Positions 55,793 through 64,000 of a stretch of DNA of 64,000 nucleotides are shown here, piece after piece. The notes under the pieces are model-generated. The model ran no database searches and had not been told where the DNA came from. It saw only the letters and a program-made list of their open reading frames with translations. Source of the stretch: a virus (taxonomy: Duplodnaviria > Heunggongvirae > Uroviricota > Caudoviricetes). Position 1 is the first letter of the stretch. Each line of letters begins with the position of its first letter. Location: the IMG/VR virus record IMGVR_UViG_2778261503_000006; one strand, written 5' to 3'. The position numbers were made by a program, and so were the translations under genes.

Positions 55793-56406
55793 ATCTCCTA
55801 AGCAAAGCTGAATTGCTGCAATATTATGAATCAGAAGAACCTGAGTCGTTGTTCATTGAACCTCTTCTAAATAAAAACCAAATTGGAAACTTCACCATAG
55901 ACCTTAGACTTGGTTACGATTTTTTAGTGTCTATTATGACAAGGAAGCCGTCAATAGAGTTAATTCCCTCAAAAAACAATGATACTCATCAACCAATCAG
56001 AACATTTTTCCAGGAAACAAGGAGAGATCTTGGGGATAGGTTCATTGTTTACCCGAATCAAGTGGTACTGGCAACAACATTAGAATATGTTTGTTTGCCA
56101 CCAGATTGCTACGCTGATGTATTGTCCAGAAGCAGCTATACAAGGCTTGGTCTTTCATTAAATACCATGATACAACCAGGGTACAGAGGCTGTATATCTT
56201 TAGAGTTATTTAATCATGGGAATAGCCCTGTAGAACTTATTGTTGGATCTCGCATATGTCAAATTCGTATATTCAAGAATGAAACTGTCGGTGAATACAT
56301 AAGTCATGAGTCTCACAGGAAATATTTCGGAAATGTGAGGCCAACCGTCTCAGCAGCAGAAAGTGATAATGAATTAAATATGCTGGAAAAGATCCGACAA
56401 AAATGA
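55777..56406 (+). CDS. dCTP deaminase / dUTPase-fold enzyme (Dcd-like); alternative start ATG 55789
   Basis: IDLRLG, SSYTRLGL, PGYRGCISLELFN, GSRICQIRIF blocks align with E. coli Dcd. Confidence 0.7.
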   Translation: MECTMNLLSKAELLQYYESEEPESLFIEPLLNKNQIGNFTIDLRLGYDFLVSIMTRKPSIELIPSKNNDTHQPIRTFFQETRRDLGDRFIVYPNQVVLATTLEYVCLPPDCYADVLSRSSYTRLGLSLNTMIQPGYRGCISLELFNHGNSPVELIVGSRICQIRIFKNETVGEYISHESHRKYFGNVRPTVSAAESDNELNMLEKIRQK

Positions 56407-56494
56407 AAACTTTAATGCTTTATATTATAAAAACATACAGCGACAACGCAGCCACCAAGATGTGTTGTCGCCATGTTCAAAGTGCTAACACAGT

Positions 56495-56887
56495 TTAAAA
56501 ATCACCTGCGCGCTGTTTTTCAAGCACAGATTTAACATTTGGCACTTTCCCTTTAAAAGAATGGAAAGTGCCACATTTTTCTGTTTTAACTTCGCGCAGA
56601 GCTTCGCCATCGGCGTTCTGCCATTGATGGGATAATGTCATATCACCGCGAGAAGGAACATCCAGCGAGTACAGCGTGTAAGTTCCCCCCATCTCCGCAT
56701 ACTCCTGGAACACATAGCTCATTACGTCAGATTCAGTTTTTCGGTGTACGTTATCAACCTTATTCCCATTCAGAAATATGGCATCTGGATAGATTTTTAT
56801 ATCAAACCGACCGCACTTAACTTGTAAATTTCCGGCGCTCGCGATCAAAGGGAAAGACGCCAGTAAAGCAATTGTCAATCTTTTCAA
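56495..56887 (-). CDS. secreted small protein with signal peptide
   Basis: 130 aa; MKRLTIALLASFPLIASA signal peptide. Confidence 0.5.
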   Translation of the reverse strand: MKRLTIALLASFPLIASAGNLQVKCGRFDIKIYPDAIFLNGNKVDNVHRKTESDVMSYVFQEYAEMGGTYTLYSLDVPSRGDMTLSHQWQNADGEALREVKTEKCGTFHSFKGKVPNVKSVLEKQRAGDF

Positions 56888-56907
56888 TTCTGCCTCCGCT
56901 GCGTAAC

Positions 56908-57531
56908 TTATTGCCCGTATTTTTTACACCATTGCTCTGCCATTTGTTTGGCTAAAGGCCCGGCTACTGCACTGTATTCTGCTGTTTTACTTTGCACACA
57001 TGAAGCAGATGGTTTTTTATTTCGCTGCTCGGTTAGTTTGCGCTCATAAGCCATCATGCTATCGAACCCGGCAATATCACTTTGGCGAAGCATTCCCTTT
57101 TTAACCAAAAATTGCTGCCCCTCGGGCACCAACGCAAGCATAAAAAGTGGTTGCAATAACTCACCTAATCCTTGCTGGCGATACACTTCGAATTGCTGCC
57201 ATCCCTGACTTAATCTGGAAAGAGTATCTTTGGTTGAATAACCTGTTTTTGTTATAGCTTTGTCCGTCAGATATGCTGTATATGCAAAAACGCAAAAGTC
57301 AGTTTTACCAATAAACTGAGTTCCAACAGGCCGTAATGGAATGCCCTCCCTCTTGCAAAAGTCCATAATGGCCGCTTGTGAATGATCCCCACCAGCATTA
57401 TTCATAACCTGCTGCCCTGCCCTGAATTGTGCAGGTAACGCAGTTGCATTGGCAGTATTAGCAGATACGCATCCCAACATAGCCGCGAGCGCGGCCCCTA
57501 AAACCCTTAACTTCACTACACCATCCTTCAT
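56908..57531 (-). CDS. secreted/periplasmic protein with signal peptide
   Basis: 207 aa; LRVLGAALAAMLGCVSANTANA N-terminus. Confidence 0.5.
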   Translation of the reverse strand: MKDGVVKLRVLGAALAAMLGCVSANTANATALPAQFRAGQQVMNNAGGDHSQAAIMDFCKREGIPLRPVGTQFIGKTDFCVFAYTAYLTDKAITKTGYSTKDTLSRLSQGWQQFEVYRQQGLGELLQPLFMLALVPEGQQFLVKKGMLRQSDIAGFDSMMAYERKLTEQRNKKPSASCVQSKTAEYSAVAGPLAKQMAEQWCKKYGQ

Positions 57532-57799
57532 GTAAACAAAATGAAGTTTTATGTTATAAAAACAATTAACTACATCAACATGATTTAGGCCAAATTTCGG
57601 TCAAAAAATAAAATCCACAAAAAGTGGTTGACACTATTTTGGAAATCACAAACTGCACATAATCCATCGCGCTAACGGCTCCCGTTGAAGGTTCTTTTGA
57701 CGATTAACTTTCAGCCGAAGCGCGGTAGGGAGTCATAACGCCAAAGCAGGCCGCCATGTGCGGCCTTTTTTTGTATCCGTCATCCGTGGAGGAAGGAAA

Positions 57800-58453
57800 A
57801 TGGAAAAGATCGCAATATTCAGCCTGACCACCAGCAAGCCTCAAATGCTCACTGCAATACTGAAAGACGGTGCTCTCATTATTAACGAAGTAAAACCCCT
57901 TCCCGCGTCAGCATTGGAGCAAAAGCAAAAAATTCCTCCAGCTATAGCAGCCCTGCGGAAAAGCAAATTTAAGGTTCTAGTAGACGAAATTACGCCAACG
58001 ATCTCCGCTGGCACCGGAGCAAGCCAGGTGACTCTCAAGACCCGTCATGCCGATGGTAGAGCAGCAATCATCGTTGGGATGGAAAGATACAGAGAGTTAA
58101 AACTCCAGAAACTATTATCCCTGCCGCAAAATAACAAAGGTGCTTTCGAAATCCCCGACTCTATCGTTGATACCGAATACAACGGTAACGGAGAAGAAGT
58201 CTACAGGGTGAACTGGCAGGATATCAGGCCGGAGCATATTTTGATGATCCTGTGTTGCTACGCGACCGTATACCACAACGTTGCCAGTGCAGATTATGTA
58301 GAGCAGATGACCGGTACAGTCGAGAAAGAGCAAAAAACAGGCATACTCGCTTCGTTCCTGTCCATTATTGGGCATGAAAAAGTTAAAGCAGGCACCTCCC
58401 AGCCAAAGTCACTGGCTGGGAAAGAAGTTGATGAAGATACCGTGATACTTTGA
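57800..58453 (+). CDS. hypothetical protein
   Basis: 217 aa from ATG 57800 with GGAGGAAGG RBS. Confidence 0.45.
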   Translation: MEKIAIFSLTTSKPQMLTAILKDGALIINEVKPLPASALEQKQKIPPAIAALRKSKFKVLVDEITPTISAGTGASQVTLKTRHADGRAAIIVGMERYRELKLQKLLSLPQNNKGAFEIPDSIVDTEYNGNGEEVYRVNWQDIRPEHILMILCCYATVYHNVASADYVEQMTGTVEKEQKTGILASFLSIIGHEKVKAGTSQPKSLAGKEVDEDTVIL

Positions 58454-58781
58454 TCACATTAGTAGCTTTGTTAACTCCCTCAATACCAGGTAGAAGAGTA
58501 ACAAAAATATTGACGCGAGTATTTGAGTGGTCAATGAAGCGTTCATAAACAGATCAATTAGCATTAATAATTCGAATATAACATCCATGTCATTCACTCC
58601 GTTTAATTTTTAATCTAATGCCAGCAAATGAAGCTGGCCCCCGCACAAAGATTAATGAAAGTCACTTGTCACCAGTGAGGGGATTTATGAACCACATCCC
58701 CCTGAACTGGTGGCCTGTCTGTTTCTCACATTTCACACCCTGCATACAGTTTCCCCCAGGTTATGACTGAGAGGCTTTGTT

Positions 58782-59111
58782 ATGGGCTATAGCAGACTCG
58801 ACGACAGGTACATTGAAGACGATATTTTTCGTGCGCTGTTTCACCAGGAAATGATTAAGCGGGTATCGGAGTATCACTCTGATAATTTCCAGTACACGAT
58901 AAAGATTGATGAAGTATATCGTTCAGACCTTGCAGCCTACCGGGCGTATGGCAATGCAGATTTGCGCTGGGTATTCCGGGTGCTGGTGGGCCATGAGTCA
59001 GAAATGGAAGAAATGCCCGCCGGGACCACGTTAACTCTTCCTGATGTGGCATGGCTGAGGAACAAGATCCGTGATTACGCGAGCGCGGAACCGGAGATAG
59101 AAAATGCCTGA
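58782..59111 (+). CDS. hypothetical protein
   Basis: 109-aa ORF. Confidence 0.4.
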   Translation: MGYSRLDDRYIEDDIFRALFHQEMIKRVSEYHSDNFQYTIKIDEVYRSDLAAYRAYGNADLRWVFRVLVGHESEMEEMPAGTTLTLPDVAWLRNKIRDYASAEPEIENA

Positions 59112-60297
59112 TTTCCTGAAAAACCAGGACGGGCGCTATATCACTGACGGCCTGTCCTCTAAGGACTTCACGCGTTTATTCGACCTTATCAGGAAAGAAC
59201 AAACCCGTAAGCGCCGACAAGCTCACCGGACGCTGACGCCAGGTAGACTGAGGAACAAATCCGCCGAAGATATTCTCAAGTTAGGGAAGAAAAAAGGCGG
59301 CACGTTCTTCACGCGAGACGACCTGAAAGGTTTCGAAAAGCTACGGAGTAAAACACGCGAAAAATATGACAGCAAGACGGCTGGCATCACATACGCCCAG
59401 CTGGTGGCATCCAGCCAGGCAATCGATATTAAGCGTGCAAATAACGCCGTGGATGACGGATCTGGTATCAAAAGAGCTACACCCGTATCTCTTCGCCACA
59501 ACGTGATTAATATCCGCGTAGAAGCATCGGATATATCCGTCCACCAGCACCATATCGTCCGGATACGCTTTGAAGAATGGGATCAGATGGTTGATGACAT
59601 CGCAGAAGACGATAAATCAGCTCTGAAAATCACTAAATCACTGTGCGCCGGGCGAGTGTCTTTCGATTGTGACTGTGGTCGTCATCAATACTGGTATCGT
59701 TACATCGCTACTGCGGGTAACTTTGCCCTGGCCCCGCCAAAAGAATACGCCTATCCAAAAGTTCGTAACCCTAAGCTACAAGGCGTCGCCTGTAAACACG
59801 TGATCCACTCAATGACGCGGTTACAGTCCGCAAGTTGGCAAATGAGTATTGCTCGTGCACTACAAAAGGCTGCAACGCAAATTGCATTTGGTGACGATCG
59901 CCGACGTACAACCAAACACTTCTCAAAAGAAGACGAGAAGGAGTTTAATCGCAATCGTAGCAGTAAAACGAACGTTGAAGCCGCCAAACGCGAATGGAGA
60001 CTCTATCAGAAGCGCCAGGCAGCTTTAAGTACAAAACTGGCAAAGGACAACGGCAAGATCGACAAACTACGTGACCAATTGACCAAGGCCAGAAAGTTGT
60101 CAGATGCACAGAAAAAACGGGCGGCAGCAAAAGAAGCGGCCTTGCAACGTGAGAAACAGAAAAACAAGGAGCTTCAGCAACGCCTTGCCGATCAGTTCGC
60201 ACTGAAGAAGCAGGCGTTCATTGATGCGCTTGTCATGGCTGGAACACCACCAGCACAAGCTGAAAAAATGTTCATGGAGTATGTAAAAAAAGCATAA
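59104..60297 (+). CDS. SWIM-type zinc-finger protein with K/R-rich coiled-coil tail
   Basis: 397 aa; FDCDCGRHQYW...(x30)...CKHVIH fits CxCxnCxH. Confidence 0.5.
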   Translation: MPDFLKNQDGRYITDGLSSKDFTRLFDLIRKEQTRKRRQAHRTLTPGRLRNKSAEDILKLGKKKGGTFFTRDDLKGFEKLRSKTREKYDSKTAGITYAQLVASSQAIDIKRANNAVDDGSGIKRATPVSLRHNVINIRVEASDISVHQHHIVRIRFEEWDQMVDDIAEDDKSALKITKSLCAGRVSFDCDCGRHQYWYRYIATAGNFALAPPKEYAYPKVRNPKLQGVACKHVIHSMTRLQSASWQMSIARALQKAATQIAFGDDRRRTTKHFSKEDEKEFNRNRSSKTNVEAAKREWRLYQKRQAALSTKLAKDNGKIDKLRDQLTKARKLSDAQKKRAAAKEAALQREKQKNKELQQRLADQFALKKQAFIDALVMAGTPPAQAEKMFMEYVKKA

Positions 60298-60330
60298 ACC
60301 ACACATAGCCTAGCTGCCTAGGCTAGGCTT

Positions 60331-61059
60331 TCATCTTTTTGAAAAATCAATTTCCGTTTTATCAAATAAATTTGAAATATCAGCAACCAATTTATTAAAA
60401 TCATGATCGCCATTATAAAGCGAAGTCTTCTTTATTGCCATTACAAAATCATATAACTTTTCTGGGGAGTCAATACCAACCCCTCTACTTTTAAAAAGCT
60501 CAATGATAACTCCAACATCATCATATAATAATTTTATTGCCGCCATAATCTCTTTTTGCTGCCTAAGCAATCTCTCAAGTTCATTTTTATTTTCATCCAT
60601 AATTCTTTTGTTGAATTGTGTATCATTAATACTTTTTATTATTTCAGTCTCTTTTATTTGCAACGCCTTTCTTTTATTTTGATCCATGTCGGCATCCAAA
60701 TACCTTATCTCTGTATATATTTTACTTGTTAGCTTTGATACGCAAAGAGTGACAATCGGAGCTGCAATTGATGCAATAATTCCAAAAATAAATGGCAAGC
60801 AAAAATGATAAAACCAAGGAGACAAAACGCCTTCATAAACTAGAGGAATCTTACCTCCAACAAATGTTACAGATAAAGTATATAGGATATCATCCTTTGA
60901 CTTCATCAATATTAGTATATCTTTCCAATTAATAATTAGAAAAGAAATGAATATATATGCAAACACTTTATTAAAAAGCTTGTCTTTTATGGCATCTCCA
61001 AAAGATACTTTGATTAGATCATTTTCAGTCAATTTTTCTGTTGATGAATCTGTATTCAT
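60331..61059 (-). CDS. AT-rich membrane protein, candidate abortive-infection/exclusion protein
   Basis: 242 aa; two hydrophobic helices (VFAYIFISFLIINW; FCLPFIFGIIASIAAPIVTLCV) then coiled-coil tail; very low GC. Confidence 0.5.
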   Translation of the reverse strand: MNTDSSTEKLTENDLIKVSFGDAIKDKLFNKVFAYIFISFLIINWKDILILMKSKDDILYTLSVTFVGGKIPLVYEGVLSPWFYHFCLPFIFGIIASIAAPIVTLCVSKLTSKIYTEIRYLDADMDQNKRKALQIKETEIIKSINDTQFNKRIMDENKNELERLLRQQKEIMAAIKLLYDDVGVIIELFKSRGVGIDSPEKLYDFVMAIKKTSLYNGDHDFNKLVADISNLFDKTEIDFSKR

Positions 61060-61198
61060 ATAAACTACCGTGATTTCTAATATCTATTTTATGAAAATTC
61101 ATTTCCGGTTCGTTATCGAACATCGGTTCGACCGCACGCAGTGCGGCCTCATAATCTTGTTCTGTACGGATAGATTTAATGTTCATTAATTACAAAGG

Positions 61199-61225
61199 AA
61201 AGCCCACTTGCTAAGTGGGCTTTTT
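61199..61225. terminator. hairpin plus T-run between minus-strand genes
   Basis: aaagcccacttgctaagtgggcttt followed by tttt. Confidence 0.6.
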
Positions 61226-61242
61226 GTATGTGTTTTACTATA

Positions 61243-61581
61243 TCAGGCTGCTTTTTTATTCAGGTTCCGCTGAGAAATAAATTTTTCAGCAGTATTGATA
61301 CGACTTAACTCTTCCTGAACGCGCATATCATTTTCGACTTCCCACAGGTCTACTGCGGTCTGAAGATTAATCCAAAAATCTACAGAAGTATCGAATGCTT
61401 TTGCCAGGCGATATGCCATATCCATCGTTAGCTTACGATTATTATTAACAAGAGCACTTACGGTGTTACGATGAACATGAAGTATTTCTGCTAACTCGTT
61501 GATCTTCAGCTCTAACGGCTCCAGGTATTCGTACAGCAGGATATCACCTACGGTCGTCGGTTTTCTGGTTGCCTGTTTCAT
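61243..61581 (-). CDS. higA: HigA-family antitoxin (HTH)
   Basis: 112 aa; ILLYEYLEPLELKINELAEILHVHRNTVSALVNN HTH. Confidence 0.8.
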   Translation of the reverse strand: MKQATRKPTTVGDILLYEYLEPLELKINELAEILHVHRNTVSALVNNNRKLTMDMAYRLAKAFDTSVDFWINLQTAVDLWEVENDMRVQEELSRINTAEKFISQRNLNKKAA

Positions 61582-61651
61582 TTTTTGCCCTTACTAGCGT
61601 GCGTATTAAGTGGACTCTGGTCAGAACCCGGTCCGTAACCGGGTATCTGTT

Positions 61652-61954
61652 TTAGTATTTGTGAGGGTCGAGATACAAGTCCTCGGCCTTTCCGTTAACC
61701 CACCTAAAAATTAACCTATATTGCTTATTCACCCTTACTGATGAATAGCCATTTAGCTTCCCTGACAGTTCCTCATACCGATTACCTGGTGGTGATCTTA
61801 AATCCTTACAGGTAGTTGCGGCATTGATAATGTCCAACTTCCGTGACAATGTCATATGAATATCAGGAGGTATCTTTCTATGTGGTGTTGAAAATTCAAA
61901 AAAATCATCAAGCCACGCATCCCTGAAATCCTTTATGTTAATTTTTTTGGTCAT
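61652..61954 (-). CDS. higB: HigB-family toxin (RelE/ParE superfamily)
   Basis: 100 aa; GNRYEELSGKLNGYSSVRVNKQYRLIFRWVNGKAEDLYLDPHKY matches HigB C-terminal pattern; toxin-first order. Confidence 0.8.
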   Translation of the reverse strand: MTKKINIKDFRDAWLDDFFEFSTPHRKIPPDIHMTLSRKLDIINAATTCKDLRSPPGNRYEELSGKLNGYSSVRVNKQYRLIFRWVNGKAEDLYLDPHKY

Positions 61955-62116
61955 TAGTCATTTGATCCTCCGTGATGATTACCGAATGCCATAACTATAG
62001 CGCACCGTTGCACTGTGCGCAAGTGCATTTTATGAATTCCCCCTCCTTCATCCAAAATCACAATCTCCAGAAAATCTTCCTTTCGATACCTGACAGATCG
62101 ACCTTTGAGGATGCTT

Positions 62117-62908
62117 ATGGGCCGTTTTGACGAATGGTTTGCTGACGATGCAAACCTGGCAAGTAAGGAGTCAGAACATGACAGCACGCAGAGAGAAACG
62201 CCAGCGCCGATTGAAGCGAATGCAGGAGGCGCGCCGGAACATGGCAATACCGGTTCGGATTCATTCAGCATTCTGGAAGAGCAACCCGCCGCCAAAGCTG
62301 ATAGCCATGATAATTTTGCTGATAGCAACGGTGGCCTTACTCCGGATGCTGGCGAATCAGATATAGCCATACTTCCATCTTCCCTGGCTGGCAGAGAACC
62401 GACTCCACAGTTAAAAGCACGCTATAACGGGCATAAAGCCTTTAACGACCAAATCCGCGCAGACTGGATGCTGATTATTGAATCCAGCCCAGACGCGTTT
62501 CAGGCTCTCTTATATCGACCAGATGTTGGCACATATGGGGTAGTCAGCGACGAAACAGGAGAAGAGTCATTCACCGAACTGGATAACAACCAACGCGAAC
62601 TGACTTACCAGGAACCTGAAATCGTTTATGTGCTGGATAACCCTGACGGGCGTGACTCTTTCCATGCGATTGACGCAGACGGTGAGCAGGATGGCTTAAC
62701 CGATGATGTTCTGATTCTGCGTATTGCAGCAAATAACGTCCCCGTCGGCTCAATTCTTGAATGGAATGAAGAGATGGTAAACGGCGTAGCGCGCCGCTGG
62801 TGGTACGTGCACCGTATTTTTAGCTACGGCACACAGCATGTTGGTTCGCTTTACTACTGCATACCTGCCAGGAATTTTGATACGACTCAAAACGGAGTGA
62901 TCGAATGA
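62117..62908 (+). CDS. hypothetical acidic protein (possible virion protein)
   Basis: 263 aa from ATG 62117 with GAGG RBS. Confidence 0.45.
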   Translation: MGRFDEWFADDANLASKESEHDSTQRETPAPIEANAGGAPEHGNTGSDSFSILEEQPAAKADSHDNFADSNGGLTPDAGESDIAILPSSLAGREPTPQLKARYNGHKAFNDQIRADWMLIIESSPDAFQALLYRPDVGTYGVVSDETGEESFTELDNNQRELTYQEPEIVYVLDNPDGRDSFHAIDADGEQDGLTDDVLILRIAANNVPVGSILEWNEEMVNGVARRWWYVHRIFSYGTQHVGSLYYCIPARNFDTTQNGVIE

Positions 62909-63672
62909 CTTCAAATAAAACCCTCCTGGCGCGAACAGGTGAATGGCAAACCTCACGCACAGGAAAATTCCAGACCACGGGCTTTGAAAACGTGGATAAC
63001 GCGTTTGCGACGCTAATCAGCAACATTTTTTCTGATATCTTACTGGTGGCCCCCGCGCCGGAAGAAAAACGCTTTGCGTCATTCCTGAATCGTCCACCAG
63101 CAGAGCGTGTCTATGTGGCCCGTTTCGACAATGCGATCGAGTTTCTTAAAGCAGTTCGTCGCGCAAATGCCGGGCAAGGGAGAAAACCTGAAAACCAGAA
63201 CATTAACCGGGATGCTCTCCCCCTGGTCAATATCTCACGCAATATGGATATCAATTATATCAACGATGATCAGCAGATTGACCGCAAAAAAGTAGCCAGT
63301 TTTTGCGAACCGGATACCGGAATGCCTTTAGCAGAACTGGAATACACCCAGGCCATTCTGACGTATGACGTTACGTTAATGGCAACTGATAAAGCGACCA
63401 TGAGTCTGATGTGTAATTCGCTGGGCGCACGGCTTCGCCTGATGACAGGTACACAATTTGAAGCAACCACTCACCTTGTTCGTGTCCCGGTCCCGCTGAT
63501 TTGCTCGATACAGGATGCCAAAGAAGTCGGCTTTACGGATGTTTCAGCACCAATTGGAGAAGAGCGTATTTATGCCACACAAGCGCCGATAAGTGTGATT
63601 GCAGACGTGATCACAGCATGGGAGTTGGACGCAAAACGTATTATTACCGAAACCTCGATATCTATGGGGTGA
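62905..63672 (+). CDS. hypothetical protein (possible virion protein)
   Basis: 255-aa ORF with overlapping start. Confidence 0.45.
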   Translation: MTSNKTLLARTGEWQTSRTGKFQTTGFENVDNAFATLISNIFSDILLVAPAPEEKRFASFLNRPPAERVYVARFDNAIEFLKAVRRANAGQGRKPENQNINRDALPLVNISRNMDINYINDDQQIDRKKVASFCEPDTGMPLAELEYTQAILTYDVTLMATDKATMSLMCNSLGARLRLMTGTQFEATTHLVRVPVPLICSIQDAKEVGFTDVSAPIGEERIYATQAPISVIADVITAWELDAKRIITETSISMG

Positions 63673-63675
63673 TAA

Positions 63676-64000
63676 GTGGCCCAGGAGTTACAACAATATT
63701 TTCTACAGTCAGTGCTCATTAACGATAACAAAGTGCCACGAGACTGGATTTTTACCGCAGTATATGTAGAAAAAACCAGCCTCAAAGCCCCTTTGCTAAA
63801 ACTGGAAATTCATGACGCTACCGGCACCGTAATTGATGACTGGAAAGCCAAATACGGTGCATCGCTGGTGGCTGAAATGGGCGATCCAAACGGTAATGCA
63901 GGCACTTTTAAAACAGATTTCTTTGTTACGTCTGCAATGCTGGCTGGTGATGTTGTTACCGTTATTGCTGTCAGTGAAGACGTGCGCAGGTTTAAGATCC
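63676..64000 (+). CDS. hypothetical protein, partial (runs off the right edge)
   Basis: open frame from GTG 63676 to window end; not in the track because no stop is reached. Confidence 0.35.
   Translation, partial: MAQELQQYFLQSVLINDNKVPRDWIFTAVYVEKTSLKAPLLKLEIHDATGTVIDDWKAKYGASLVAEMGDPNGNAGTFKTDFFVTSAMLAGDVVTVIAVSEDVRRFKI

Noticed and set aside
61954-62370. 138-aa minus-strand ORF overlapping the start of the 62117..62908 gene
   Set aside because: No RBS, no recognisable motif; the + strand gene has the better start context.

Overview
This 64 kb window reads as one contiguous piece of a P1-family temperate phage / phage-plasmid (enterobacterial, ~50% GC backbone with several visibly AT-rich cargo blocks). 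All calls below are from reading the sequence and the six-frame track; no database search or computation was run, and family names rest on motifs I recognise or on remembered P1 gene order and sizes. Left to right: (i) tandem promoterless tail-fibre C-terminal cassettes with cix/gix-like junctions beside a Cin/Gin/Hin-family serine invertase (1-1697); (ii) a P1-like lysis/antirestriction operon (holin-like, antiholin-like, Hdf/DarA/DdrA/DdrB-like; 1914-8717) whose last gene carries an AT-rich C-terminal HExxH module; (iii) a small-protein/HTH pair, two large probable morphogenesis genes and a replication-protein-like gene (9035-13654); (iv) an icd-like/antirepressor module (14068-15196), a CHAP/NlpC-like hydrolase and a 2278-aa DarB-like methyltransferase-helicase (15866-22702); (v) small genes including a VRR-NUC nuclease, then a tRNA cluster of five tRNAs (27136-28428); (vi) Lpa-like, PacA/PacB-like terminase genes, a divergent repressor-like gene, a rox-like 32-bp recombination site and a Cre/Dre-like tyrosine recombinase (29957-34944); (vii) dUTPase, a DUF2829 (Tad2-like) protein and a degenerate terminase paralogue; (viii) phd-doc and a humD-like gene followed by a long minus-strand block of small paralogous early genes (38675-51073); (ix) a Ref-like HNH protein and a second icd-like/antirepressor module (51194-53740); (x) an AT-rich accessory region (53800-61954) with a three-gene operon (HExxH protein plus dCTP-deaminase-fold enzyme) that I rank as the best candidate for an undescribed system, two secreted proteins, an AT-rich membrane protein and a higBA pair; (xi) the start of a further + strand gene block. 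A ~18-bp motif with core TGTTAGAAA recurs at 12 or more intergenic sites and looks like a dispersed repressor operator. No rRNA, CRISPR array or IS transposase was seen.
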